64,000 bases of DNA from Paramecium tetraurelia (lineage: Eukaryota): NCBI GenBank assembly GCA_000165425.1, contig CT868463.1, forward strand, positions 124,001 to 188,000, given 5' to 3'. The position numbers were made by a program, and so were the translations under genes. This document shows positions 40,487 through 52,796 of the stretch, piece by piece; the stretch's first letter is position 1, and each line of letters opens with the position of its first letter. Under the pieces are notes generated by a model. It did no database searches. It was given only the letters and a program-made list of their open reading frames with translations, and was not told where the DNA came from.

Positions 40487-41833
40487 TCATTTTTTCCATG
40501 CTTTGGCTTTAAATTATCTTTGAACATATGGATTTGAGGAGTTATATGCAGAATTTGGAGATTATGCTCTTTATCTCATGGGTTTAAATTATGAATTTGG
40601 TTATGATCCAGCCTCTTACCTTTGCCCTGAACTAGTATTTCTCTTATAGGGAGTGGTTTGTACTCTGGGAGCCTTAAGTTAATTAGGAGCAGTCTAGGGT
40701 CTACGAGTTCCATTTTGTTATTGAGACTTCTATAGAAATTATTCTCTTGAGTCCATGAAATTATTCAGTTGAACTTTTTGCGGTTCTATAGAATATTATG
40801 AAAGATATACAAACAATATTATTGTCAAACACAGATCCAGATTTAACACTGTCACTTTTAGTTAGTCTTTATTATTGAGTGCCTTAAGATGAAGGTCTTT
40901 GGGGTTGAGGAGGATAGATTTGATTATGACTTTATTTTTGGGAATCTTTTTGAGGTTATTAATGGGATTAATCCTAAATGGTGATAGATTATTATTTTTA
41001 AGTTTATTGCTAGTATGATGGATCTATTTGTTTTGATGAACCTGATAACTTTATGATTGGTTTTGCATCTTAGGCTGGAGATTTAGTTTTAGAGAATACT
41101 ACTTTATCATATGGTGGGATGTACATGGAAACCTTTTCAGCAAATCTCAATCTAAAATATGGTGTAAGGAATATACTTAGATTCTTTCGGTTTCGGGTCG
41201 TGATCCTTGAATTCAGCTACTCCTTGGGCTTGAGAATTCAAGTAAGTATTTCTCAGGACAATTTCGTCATTTTCACCTTGTGTGTGAATCTCATCCCAGT
41301 TATAGGTCTTAGCACCATAGCCTTGTTTCTACAATCTTGTTTCAACTGACAGTAACTAATTAAAGAAGTGAGCTCTGATTTCTAAATCTGGTCTTCTATT
41401 ATGCATATATTGAAGAGTTTTATAAAGAGTCCATCTATATTTCTTCATAAAATAAACGCATAAGGTTGCCACTGATCGATTGTGTCCTTTCACTGATAGA
41501 ACAATAACACTTTCTCCATTATTTAATGCATCATCTACAAATTTCATTACATTATTTATTATCTCATCTTATTGAAAAATAACCTAAGGATTTATTAATG
41601 GTTTCATACTTGTTAATCATTATCCATCCAGGGGAATGACAAATAAACAATGCCAATAGATTCCCAGTGGTTTGGTAATTGTTTAGATGCACAGTTAATA
41701 ATCCTTGAAACTTTGTTAGTAACAATAAATTCAAGATCCTGATCTAACAATTATAGGATACCTATGCTGCAAATTAATCTCCTAAAAATAGCCCATCCTT
41801 TATTTTAATGGCCCCTATATAATCATAGTTCAT
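40487..41833 (-). CDS. dual-specificity phosphatase-fold protein, predicted inactive
   Basis: IKIKDGLFLGD, SRIINCA, FVDDALNNGESVIVLSVKGHNRS..LCVYFMKKYRWTL..RRP. The signature loop has Ser in place of the catalytic Cys. Confidence 0.9.
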
Positions 41834-41898
41834 TTCCTTAATATTAATTTAAATATAAACAACATCTTTAAATTGTTATATAATCATTCATTTGAAGC

Positions 41899-43114
41899 TC
41901 AGAGTTAGTCCCAAAACTTTTCAGCTGCAGTTTTTTGATTCAAATTGCCCTTCTTGCCATGGATTTCCTTTTCGTCAGCTTTACTTTTGGTTGATGGTAT
42001 TTCAGAATTTGAAATTTTTCCAGTGAGATAAATTTTCTTTTCTTTAAATTCTTAAACAATTTCATTGAATTTGGATTTTTTGATTTTTCTAGGTATTTCA
42101 CCTGCTTAGTATTTTTCAATCAAGTCTTGTTTAACTAATTCCTTTGCATTTTCATCCAACTCCTTCTTCACTTCATTTTCCTTCTCCTCTCTTTTACTCA
42201 AGGAGAATCTTATATCTGGTCCATACTTCAATCCCAAATCTTAACACATTTTCCAACTCAACTATTTAGAATTCTTATTTAATTTATCCAGATATTCATT
42301 CTATTCTTTCTTATCCAAATTCTCTAAGAAATTAATGTAAATCCAAACTACAGTACAAGCTTTATTTGTCAGTATCTCACCTATTGAAACACCTCCTTTT
42401 ATTTTAACCTAATCAAAGTATTTTTAACCATCTTCCAAATTAGTATAAATAAAATTCTCTATGTTTTGACTGGTCCTAGCTCTTTGCAAAAGATAAGGAT
42501 CAACCTTCCCTAAGACTTCGTATCTTTTGTTCCAATCAGCAATTCTTTCATATTTCTCTTCCATTGATAATTTATTAAAATAAGGGATTTGCTAATAGAA
42601 TAATAATGGGATGTGTACTTCTGCATTTTAATCATCTGGTTATATATCCATTTCTTCAATTTATTTGAATATGTCTTTCAACTCTTTCTTTCTCTTTTTA
42701 ACTTTGATTTCCTCTTCCATCTTGGCATTTTCTTCAGATAACTTTTTCATAAGAAAGAATTCCTCTTTCAATGCATTCTTAATAACAGCTTTTGAAGACT
42801 CATCTTTAACTTCTAGAGATTTTATTGCTGAATTAATCTTATCGTATTGTTATCATTTTTACTCTTTTCTGTTCAGTCAGATGTGTGTTTGTTTCCTTTA
42901 GATTGTCCTTAACTCTTGGCAATCTTGAATCTCCTCTTTTAGGTTCAGGCATATAGTTGTCTCCTTATATTTGTTTGAGAGATGTTTGCTAATCCTTTTT
43001 GAGTAATTATTTAAATTCATCATCTTCTCTTAACTTCTACATGAAAACTTATTTGGCAAGCTAAGATGGAACTTTTCTTGAAAACTAGTAAATAGAAAAT
43101 ATATATTTAATCAT
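41899..43114 (-). CDS. hypothetical protein, possible mitochondrial targeting
   Basis: MIKYIFSIYQFSRK start; continuous after two tiny introns; K/E-rich; ends AEKFWDQL-TGA. Confidence 0.7.
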
Positions 43115-43272
43115 AATTATAATTTATCTAAAGTGCATACAATTATTTTATCAATTATCTCACTAAATAATAGCACTTATGCAACTTCAATTGTCTAATA
43201 CATATTCCACTTAAGAAGAACATGTCTTTGAGTTTATAATGCCTATGTAAAAATGATTATATTATATTAATA

Positions 43273-44062
43273 ATGAATAAATTTAGTAGAGAAGAATTTT
43301 TATTCTTAGCTCGAATTGCGTAATAAACAGAACGATTTAATGACATGATCGAATTCATTAAGCATTTCTTGGATCAAGAATTGAACAAGGAGGAAAGAAG
43401 CATTTTATCAGCAGCATATAAAAATGTGGTATCCATCTAATTGCTTATTCAAATTTGTAGGTGGGTAATAAAAGAGCAGAATTGAGAGTGCTCACTGCCA
43501 TCGAATAAAAAGAGTCGAGGAAACAAACCGATCAATACACTTTAAATTATATCAGAAATTATAAGCATAAAATTGAAGGCGAACTCAAAAACTCATGTTC
43601 TGAAATACTCAACTTAATTGATAGCACTCTCTATCCAAATGCAAAATAAGTTGATAGCAAAGTCTTTTATTTAAAAATGAAGGGAGATTATAATAGATAT
43701 TTGGCAGAATTCTTATTAGATAATGAATATCATGCTGCCGTTGAATAGGCCACTCAGTCTTACAAGTAATTCAATTCTTATTTCAATCTAGAGAGGCAGA
43801 TGTACTGGCTAAGTCAAATTTATCGACTACTTCTCCTATTCGCTTGGGCTTACATCTAAATCAGTCAGTGTTTTATTATGAAATCTTATAAAATGCAACT
43901 GAAGCTATTCGAATAGCCAATGATGCTTTTGAATAAGCTATTGCTTAGGTTGATACTGTGAATGAAGAGAATTATAAGGATTGCACTCTCATCATGCAAT
44001 TATTAAGAGACAATTTGACTTTATGGAATAATCCCGAAGAAGAAGCTAATGAAGATTAATGA
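43273..44062 (+). CDS. 14-3-3 protein (divergent)
   Basis: [78 protein letters not shown]. Confidence 0.96.
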
Positions 44063-44089
44063 ATTATTATAAATCTATTAGAATTAGAT

Positions 44090-44620
44090 TAATTGTCATC
44101 CAATATAATTAGCACTATTACTTCTTAAACATCTTTAGAGTTAGTTATACCCCATTCTAATCTCCTATATTTAGAACTTAATTTATTTACATTCCTTTCA
44201 ACCTAATCTCTTATTCAAAAAGTTTAATGCTGTCAACCATCTAATTATGATTGTTGAATGCATCTATTTTTCATAAATTCCCATGCAGTAAATTATACCA
44301 TCATATATATCCAATTAATTGATGTTTCTTTATCTGCAATTTATGAAGATATCCCTTACCATATTATTCACATTCATATATAAATTGAAGTTTATGAGTA
44401 AGGCCATTATCATATTTAAAATTTATAGTAAATTGGAAGGCAACATCATTCATTCTAAAATTCATATGCTATCTTTGAGTAGATATCCAGTGATTCTTGT
44501 TATCTGTATCTTAAAAATAGTTGAGTGGCTAATTCAAATTATTGATTTATTATAATTTATAAGATGGTTATAAATTCTTCTTAAACTCAATTATATCACA
44601 TTCTATCTAAGTAAACAAAA
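44090..44620 (-). pseudogene. coding-like fragment without a clean gene model
   Basis: Open stretch ECDIIEFKK...MNDVAFQFTINFKYDNG, then frames that need non-canonical joins. Confidence 0.25.
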
Positions 44621-44769
44621 ATTAAAGGTTATGAAATAAAATAATTTCAAATAAATGGAAAATAATTAAAGAAATTATATTATTTTATATCAGACAATAA
44701 AATAAATTAAATTTATGAGTAAAAAAATAACATCAGAATAAATTTTTATAAACAACTGTTTAAATTATA

Positions 44770-45774
44770 TCAATGGAGTTACTTGAATCCACATCTTTTC
44801 TATTGTTCTATAAAGGATGATTCCTCAGTTGAAGAATTATTAGGCTTTATATTGAAATAATCCAATTCATTTAATCTGACTCTCTCCTCAGACATCCACT
44901 TCTAATCACACTCAGTTATGAAATATGTATATTCAAATAATTAACCCTTATCTTCATCCATAATAAAAAAACTCTTTACTTTTAAAGCAGCCGAAAATCT
45001 TTACCCATTATAATTTATGTAATCTCTTTTAGATTCTACTTATCCTACAATTCCACAGAAGATTTTACAAAAAACATGAAGCTGCTCGTCAGATGCATCA
45101 AAAAAGGCACTTATTGGAATCAGTTGCGTTTCATTACAGTAATTAATAAGCATTTCTTCTGAAATTGCTAGTAATTATAACATTTTCTCATTAAATATCT
45201 TTTAAAACGTTCTCCACATTCCATTCTCAAATATTTATACGTAACATGCATACGGAGAACCTTTGATATGTGACTCAAACTCAATCATTTCTTAGATTTA
45301 ATTTAATTTAAATTTTGAAGAATCAAGATTCCTTTAATCAAACATCAGAAATGCATCCGCTAGTTATTCATTTCTTGTTTTAAATATTTAGTATAAATCA
45401 TCTGAAGGAGTTATTGGTCTATTTATCTGATCTAATGTTAAAATAGTAAGGTTTTTCCTTCTATCAGTTCTCACTACTTTATAGTTGTTTGAATGTGGAT
45501 CAATTGACAAAGATCCCATTGAATGATCGTTATTAATGTTCATTGAAAACTGGATGTTTGTTTTTAGTCTAAAAACATTGTTATTTGGTATCGTATTTGG
45601 AATCTTCTTAACTATTAGAAGCAAATCAGTTTTATTATTGTTATTGTTTTTAGAATTATCAAAAGAATACGGCAATGTATATTAATTCTTCCTTTTGTTT
45701 TTCTTTACCTTCTTTTTCACTAATTATTTCCATTCTTCTCTTAAACTTGAAATATTCCGAATTATTAAAGACAT
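44770..45774 (-). CDS. hypothetical protein (~334 aa)
   Basis: Intronless frame MSLIIRNISSLREEWK... to KRCGFKQLH-TGA; includes the supplied ORF 45388-45675. The start may lie further upstream. Confidence 0.7.
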
Positions 45775-46093
45775 TCAAAGAATAAAGAACTTATTTAATT
45801 CTTAAAATTCTTCAATCTATTCTTTAATATATAAATACGATATTGTCATTTAATTTATAATGCGTCAATCTAATTATTAAAATCAAATTATGGTAAATAC
45901 GCGCTTAAACAGCTTAAAATGATGATCGACCCCTATTAATTTAAAAATAGATTGTAATAGTAAAAACAAAATATAAGGATACATGAGAATTATATATGTA
46001 ATTGATTATTTCTGGAATTGAATAAATATGCTGGTTAATAAAATTAACATAATTAATAAATAATATTAATAATTATTATTATATTGATTAATA

Positions 46094-49000
46094 TCAATCT
46101 ACAACTGACTTTTTTAAGATTTAACTCATAGAATCCTTTAAATTAGAAAGCTTAGTTTTCTAATTTTGAACTTTTTGTTTCTATTCTTCAATTTATTTTT
46201 CAATTTGATTTAATTTTGGTTATTTGTTCAACTTCGGCTTTAATCTTTATAGTAATCTGTCTGCATCTTTTACTAATTTTTCAACATGTTTGATCTTTTT
46301 TGAATACCTGTCATTTTCACTTCTGAGCATATTACATTCTTCAATAAGTTTAGTATTCTAGTTGAAAATAGTATTTATGTTGTCATCCCTGATCTTCTTT
46401 AACTTGTCCGAAGTTACTTTAATAAGATATAATTTCTTAGTCATCCATTAACCTTATCTTAGCAATTCTTCATTTAATTCATTAGGTTTATCTTGTTTCA
46501 ATTTGATTATGTCCTTAATATCTTTATTGGAAATGGATTTCTTTTATGATAATTATTCGATTTCTTCGTTTTCTTCCCCTTTATCATTAATGATTTGTCT
46601 CAATTTCTATGCTATGAGACTGGGAGGATCATTGCTCTTCATGATGGATAATAAGGTCTAATTATGAATATATGAGATTTCTTACACTTTCATAATTTTT
46701 CAATTTATTAGCATTTAAGAAGATTTAAATTTCAGTTTTTTTAATTTAAGTTTCAATAACATCTAACTATCCTCGTAATTAAACTAATTGTTAATACTTC
46801 ATTTCATTCTTATTTGATTCATCAATCAATTCTTTGAACATTACTCTTAATTTATACTAGAAATAATTAACTATATATTTACTTCTTTATCAGTAATTTT
46901 GTCAAGCAATAATTATTTATCATTTTGAAGACTTTTGATTTTCTAATCTAGCATATATCTGAAATTTTCCAAATTGATTTATTCATCCTTAGCAGCTTTA
47001 CAAGTTTCTTCTTTTGAATCAATAACTTATAATCTTTCAAGTAATTGATGTTACATCTTCAAAATATCATCATCATTTTTTAGATTTTCAAGTCTAATTT
47101 TATTGTGTTCATCAAATAACTCATTGAATTAAATTTGCAAGTCATCATCATCTTTTTTTAATTATTCAAATTAAGATGCTAATTCTCTGTTCTCTTTTTC
47201 CAATTTCTCATTATCCTAAATGACTTTTGCAATTTGATTTTCCAAATCTTTTATTTATTCATCAATTTCCTTTTCGTATTCAGCCTCTTCCTTCTCTAAT
47301 CTCTAAATAAAGGCGGTTCCATAATTTTTAGCATTATCAACAACACTAGAGTATTTGACTTAGACTTTTCTACATTTTTCATAGAATTATAATTTCATTT
47401 ATTTCAATTCCTATTTGTGTTATTCTAATAAAGATTATAAATCATTTTTATGTTGTTCTTATACTTTTTAAATCTCATCTTCAATTTCTTGATTTCTAGA
47501 TTCCTCATATTCTATTTTTTCAATATGTTATTATTTAAGTTTATTAATTTCATTTTCATATTTAACTTTCTCTTCCATATATTAACTATATAATTGATCA
47601 TAATCCTATTCTGATTTCTCAACAAATTTATCCTTTAAATTCTTATCATCAGACATAGTTTATTGAAATTTCTTAGTCATTTGATCAATTTTCTATTTAA
47701 ATTAAGTCTCCAATTTAGCAGTTTCTATCCTCACAGTTTATTCAGATTTGATAACTTCAAAGTTTTTTGATTAGATCCTATCATTTTCTTTTTATATCTT
47801 AAATATGACTTCTAAATAAAGATCATTTGAAACTGCAGCCATCCTTTGTCTTTCTTCTGAGATCTCGCTTTTAGATTTCAACAAACAAACTGATCCGTCC
47901 TCACATCCTGTAAATATATATTAACCGTCGTAATCAATACAAGTGATAGCAGTAGCATGAACTGAAATTTCATAACATTCAGGTAATTTATACATAGTTT
48001 CATTTTTTTAATTTATTAATTCTAATTCTAAATTATCCTCATCTCTAATTGGATATATCCTCACAGTTCCCTTAGAAGTACCTGCAATAATATGTTAATC
48101 GGTCATTAATAATTTGGTTAGGTAACAATCAGTTACATGGAACTCAGTAATTAATTTGAAATGTTAATCAAAAATCACCATCAATTTCTCATTAGTACAA
48201 CCTATAAAATATTCATCATATTATATAGAATTGAAAATTCCTTATTCTTAATGTTTTTACTCTCTGATGACATTATTATTTAGTTCTGCTAAATTGTAAC
48301 AATATACATATCCACTTGTACAAGTACTAACTATATATTGGTCATTTAGAGATATGGCAATATCTTTAATAGGTGAATTATGAAACTCAAATTGATGAAT
48401 GAGTTCATAATAAATGGCATCATAAATGTACACATTAGTTTTTTCATTAGTAATAAGCATATGGCCACCATGACTATACTTAACAATTTTACAGTTGTTT
48501 AGGGTGACATCTTTAAGAGGAAAGAAACCTTCATTCAGGATGGCAAACACCTTAAACCCATTAGTAAATCCTACAGCAACAAATAAGCCAAATGGATGCA
48601 TAGAAGCACATACGGGCTCTTCTTTGAAATATTTGCTTAAGACTCCTTTTTTGTCATTATTTTCATTTTGATAATAATTCCAAATTTTAACAGAATTATC
48701 TTCCGAACAAGTAACAAAAACTTATTTAATTTTAGCATGCGAGATAGAATTAACTCTTTTGTTATGAAACCCTGCAGCAAAGAATGGTTAGATGGGACTA
48801 ACTTCGGTATCCATTTGAGCAGTATTCAAAATACTATAATACAATTGATTACCAAATAAACTTATAATGGAAATGAGTTGATCACCGCTATTAGATATTT
48901 AGATAACTTTATGTTCTCCTCTATTACTCTTCATATTAAAAGACATGGCACTTACAATGTTATAATTTTTATCAAATTCATAAATGCATACAGCTCCTTT

Positions 49001-50037
49001 TGTACCTCCTAAGATGAATCCTTTTTTAGTAGTTGATAAACATTAGAATTCCAATTATTGTTAAGTCATTATTGTTGTATTTTGAGTTAATTTAGTTTGA
49101 TTATTCATTACAATTTATCCCACTTTATCTTTAATAGCATCTTCAAGTGCAGAATTAATACCCATCACATCGTCATTATCTTCTGCATTGAAATCCTATA
49201 CAGGAGCATCAATGAAATTTAAATTTTGAGGATCAATATCAATAGGTTTTTTGAAATGGTCATTAATTAGAATAAGAATCTTATTGCCAGCTGCTAATAA
49301 GACTAACAAAGCTTAATTTGCTGAGAGCATGACCCATCCATGATCTAAAAATTTATTCTCTTTTTCTATTTTCAGTGGAATCAGTGTCTCATGGGTTTCT
49401 TTAATTTATTTTTCTTGAAATTACATTTCCCATAATCTTAAATAATTATGCCCAGATAACAAAATGTGTTTATGTTTCAAGGGATGAAAGCTAAATTTCT
49501 CGAAAGGTGCTTTAACAACTGCTGATGCCAAGAGTCTTTCCTTTTCATAATTCCAAATTTATATCTAATTTGAGATTTGCAATCCACAATATTACTTCTC
49601 TACATTCAATTAAATTAAAGAAATAGCTCCTTTGCATTACAATGAGATAGTTCTTATTTTATCCTTTATTATAATAACTAAATTTGATGATTATTCCAAG
49701 TTTTCACCAACAGCAATCATTAAACCATCCTTTCTCATTGCAGCAGCAATCGCAGTCACATTTTTATATCTTCCTGGTATAAATTATTATTATCCTGTCT
49801 CTACATTCTGAACTATAATCATATTAGATGCATAAAACACAATTAGATCTACAAATTAATATAACTTCCAATACTTCCTTATATGAATGTCAACTGGTTG
49901 CTGATTGGTCTATCTGCAATTCCACAAACCTAATCTAAATAGAATTAAGGTAATGGAGTTTTGACAATCTTCTTATTTCTCTCATCAATTATATTTTTCA
50001 GTGCTATTCTGTTCTTCTCATCCTCATATGTATTCAT
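46094..50037 (-). CDS. CFAP57: WD40 + long coiled-coil ciliary protein (CFAP57/WDR65 family)
   Basis: N-terminal WD repeats incl. SMHPFGLFVAVGF...CKIVKYSHGGHML and IFTGCEDGSV; C-terminal coiled coil with LENFRYMLDQKIKSL. Confidence 0.82.
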
Positions 50038-50248
50038 TTTATAATATAATTAAAAACTTAATTAATTTGTTATTTACTCTATTTAAAAACTTAATCATTA
50101 TTATGCTCTTTGTATTCAATTAATAAATACAATTATTGAATAGCTCACACGATTTTAGAGCATGAGATCGATATTGATCATGTCCAAAATTTATAATCAG
50201 ATTATATATACATTCAATAAAATCTTAATTAAATATATTTAATTAAAA

Positions 50249-50588
50249 ATGGGAGCAGCTATTGCAGTAAGAAATCGACATTGGTGGTTCAGAGGATTGT
50301 ATGACGATTATATTGGAAGAGAAACAAGACTTTCATTTGGTTTAGCAGCAGTTATTTGGATTCCTCATTATGTGTATGACCGATTATATCACATTTAGCT
50401 ACGGAGTCTATTTGAATAGAACAATTGAAACAAATACATCACATAAGATCTATTCAATGGAAGTTGGACCTTCTAGAAATAGGTTGACACATTCAATGAT
50501 CTTTGAGCAATTTGAAATGGTGTTGGAAAATTGGGAAGAACTCAACAAAGAGTATGCAGAGAAAGGGAAAAAGATGCTTGAAGAATGA
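50249..50588 (+). CDS. small single-TM protein, possibly a mitochondrial inner-membrane complex accessory subunit
   Basis: After one 25-nt intron: MGAAIAVRNRHWWFRGLYDDYIGRETRLSFGLAAVIWIPHYVYGVYLNR...MLEE. Function is inferred only. Confidence 0.7.
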
Positions 50589-50878
50589 TAATGGCATTAT
50601 ATATTAATAAAAATACAAAACAAAATATTGATATAATATAATAAATAATATTTGATAAATGGAAAATAACATTTGTATTTTTAGACACAATATTATGATG
50701 TATGTTTTGTTTGTTACAACAAATGTAACACAATGTTAATGAAAAGTATTTTAATATGAATACTTGAAAATTACTATTTCCAAATAATTGAACTAACTAA
50801 TGATGAAATAAAGAATTTATCTCAAGATAAAACATACTACTTTATTATATATATATAAAAATGAAACATAAAAAATAA

Positions 50879-51181
50879 ATGACTTTGCAATCAGCAAATC
50901 ATTCTAGACAATCATCTATATCATCTCAGGGTTCAGAAAGTTCAAAGAACAAATATAATGGAAGCTACATACAAATTTCACCTAGATTTGATGCCAATAA
51001 TGGTTTGGCCTTTAAGAATGAACTAAAAGAAGTTAAAATAACCTCTCCAAAACATGAATGTTTGTCACCTCATCAAGAAATAATACCCCATCATAGAAAA
51101 TCTCAGTTATCTTTAAGAGAGGATCCTTTAAAAAAGAGTTAGTTTAGTAAAGTAATCCACACAATCGACGAATTAAGATGA
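50879..51181 (+). CDS. small Ser-rich hypothetical protein
   Basis: The supplied ORF extends through TAG (Gln) to TGA 51179; there is an in-frame alternative ATG at 50861. Confidence 0.65.
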
Positions 51182-51216
51182 TTTTATACATGGTAGTATT
51201 AATTAACTATTATATA

Positions 51217-52320
51217 TCATACTATTCTATGTTTGTGATTTTAAAGACTAAAAAAATCTAAGTCTGTTGTAAAAGCTCGTCCCAAGACACTTGTTGGTTA
51301 TTTTACTTATTTTAGAAACTGATCAGTTAAACTTTCTTAAAATTTTGGCTCTACATTTTCTAACAATTCAAACAAGCATTTTGGTCTAATTTAAATTTCT
51401 ACACTTACATTGAATGTTTCAATCCACTAGCCTTTCTAGCACACCCAATTACAGAAACCGTCAATTCTGCTGGATCTTTGTCTAAGAAGGTTCCATCTTT
51501 CAGCACAGATACACAGAGTTTAATTAGCTATTCTTAAACTTTCTCATTAACTTATTTTGGAGCAACAATAGGCTATTTGAGAACTTAATCCAAATGTTCC
51601 TTGAATATGTCTTATTTAATTTGTTGATTGTTTTATTGCTGAAGAATGTTGGTACTTTTTTCTTTTAAGACGTTTTCAGATTATGCTAATTCATCCGATT
51701 CATAGACTATTCCTAAAGAGATCACTGCCTCAGCCCAATCAATTAAAGTAGTACATTGTAGATTCCAATTCAATTACTTAATGATTTGGCATTCACATCT
51801 TCTAAAATCTAATGTCGCATAAGGTAAATAGGTATATCTCCTTAGCTTACTAATAAACGGAATTCTTTCATCCAATTCAATTGATTTAGCTCAAGTATTA
51901 TAAATATATACCTGCCAACATAAGACAAGTAGCACCATACAATCTATATTAAACAGGGTCCACTTTCTTTTATGATACAAAATAATCTAAAAATTAGACT
52001 GCAAGAAATAAAGAATTCATGGATAGTTTTAACTTTTCACTCCACTCTATCATATAATCGATTAAAGATAAGCGTTGCTATTACATTTAGGATATGAATA
52101 CTTTTTAATATTCTCCTGGTTATGATCCTATTGGAACTGCTCGGTTCCATTACTTCTTCAAATTTTGTATTGGATTTAGATAACCTGGAAAACTAAAATT
52201 CAAAGCTTTAATTCCTATGCTCCCATCTTCGGGCATGTGAATCCCGCATAATCTACAAAAGAACTTATTATTAAAAGGAATAAGATCTAGATGCTGACAC
52301 TGATTTTGTTAGTAATCCAT
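51217..52320 (-). CDS. cyclin (cyclin N-terminal box) with N-terminal Cys/His cluster
   Basis: RLSLIDYMIEWSEKLKLSMNSLFLAVQFLDYF...LYGATCLMLAAKSIE...ECQIIKQLNWNL; N-term CQH...CRLC. Confidence 0.9.
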
Positions 52321-52796
52321 TTAACGATTAAATTTTTATTATTAAATTTTATCATTCTATAAATAATTTCTTAGCAATAAATATAATAATTTTCTTTATA
52401 TAATCACAAAACTATTATACAATTATATTCAATCTCAATCAATAATAAAATTATATTATACATTCTAAATATTTAATAAATTGATTAGAGTACCAATTAA
52501 GGAATAAAATCTATAATATTTATATATGTCAATCATATTAATTCCTAATTTGTATATAGTTTAAGTAGTCAACATAAGTTTCTAAGGATATTAATAAAAT
52601 TGATTTTGACTTAACTATTACAATATGTAGATCTTTTTAGACAATCAAAATTGAGATTAGTAATTGTTGAATCTAATTCAACATAATAGGAAAATTAAAA
52701 AGTTGAATAGATCAAAAACAGATGGAAAAGAGATTAAAATTAAATTTGTAAAATATTTGATTCTATTTGAATATATATTTTTTATCTATAAATTCA

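Noticed and set aside
42665..42901. Hydrophobic + strand ORF (MNMSFNSFFLFL...)
   Set aside because: Antisense to a K/E-rich minus-strand gene, which explains the F/S/L bias.
45915..46020. ATGATGA box C-like motif, possible C/D snoRNA
   Set aside because: No CTGA box D or terminal stem at a suitable distance; expected by chance in AT-rich DNA.
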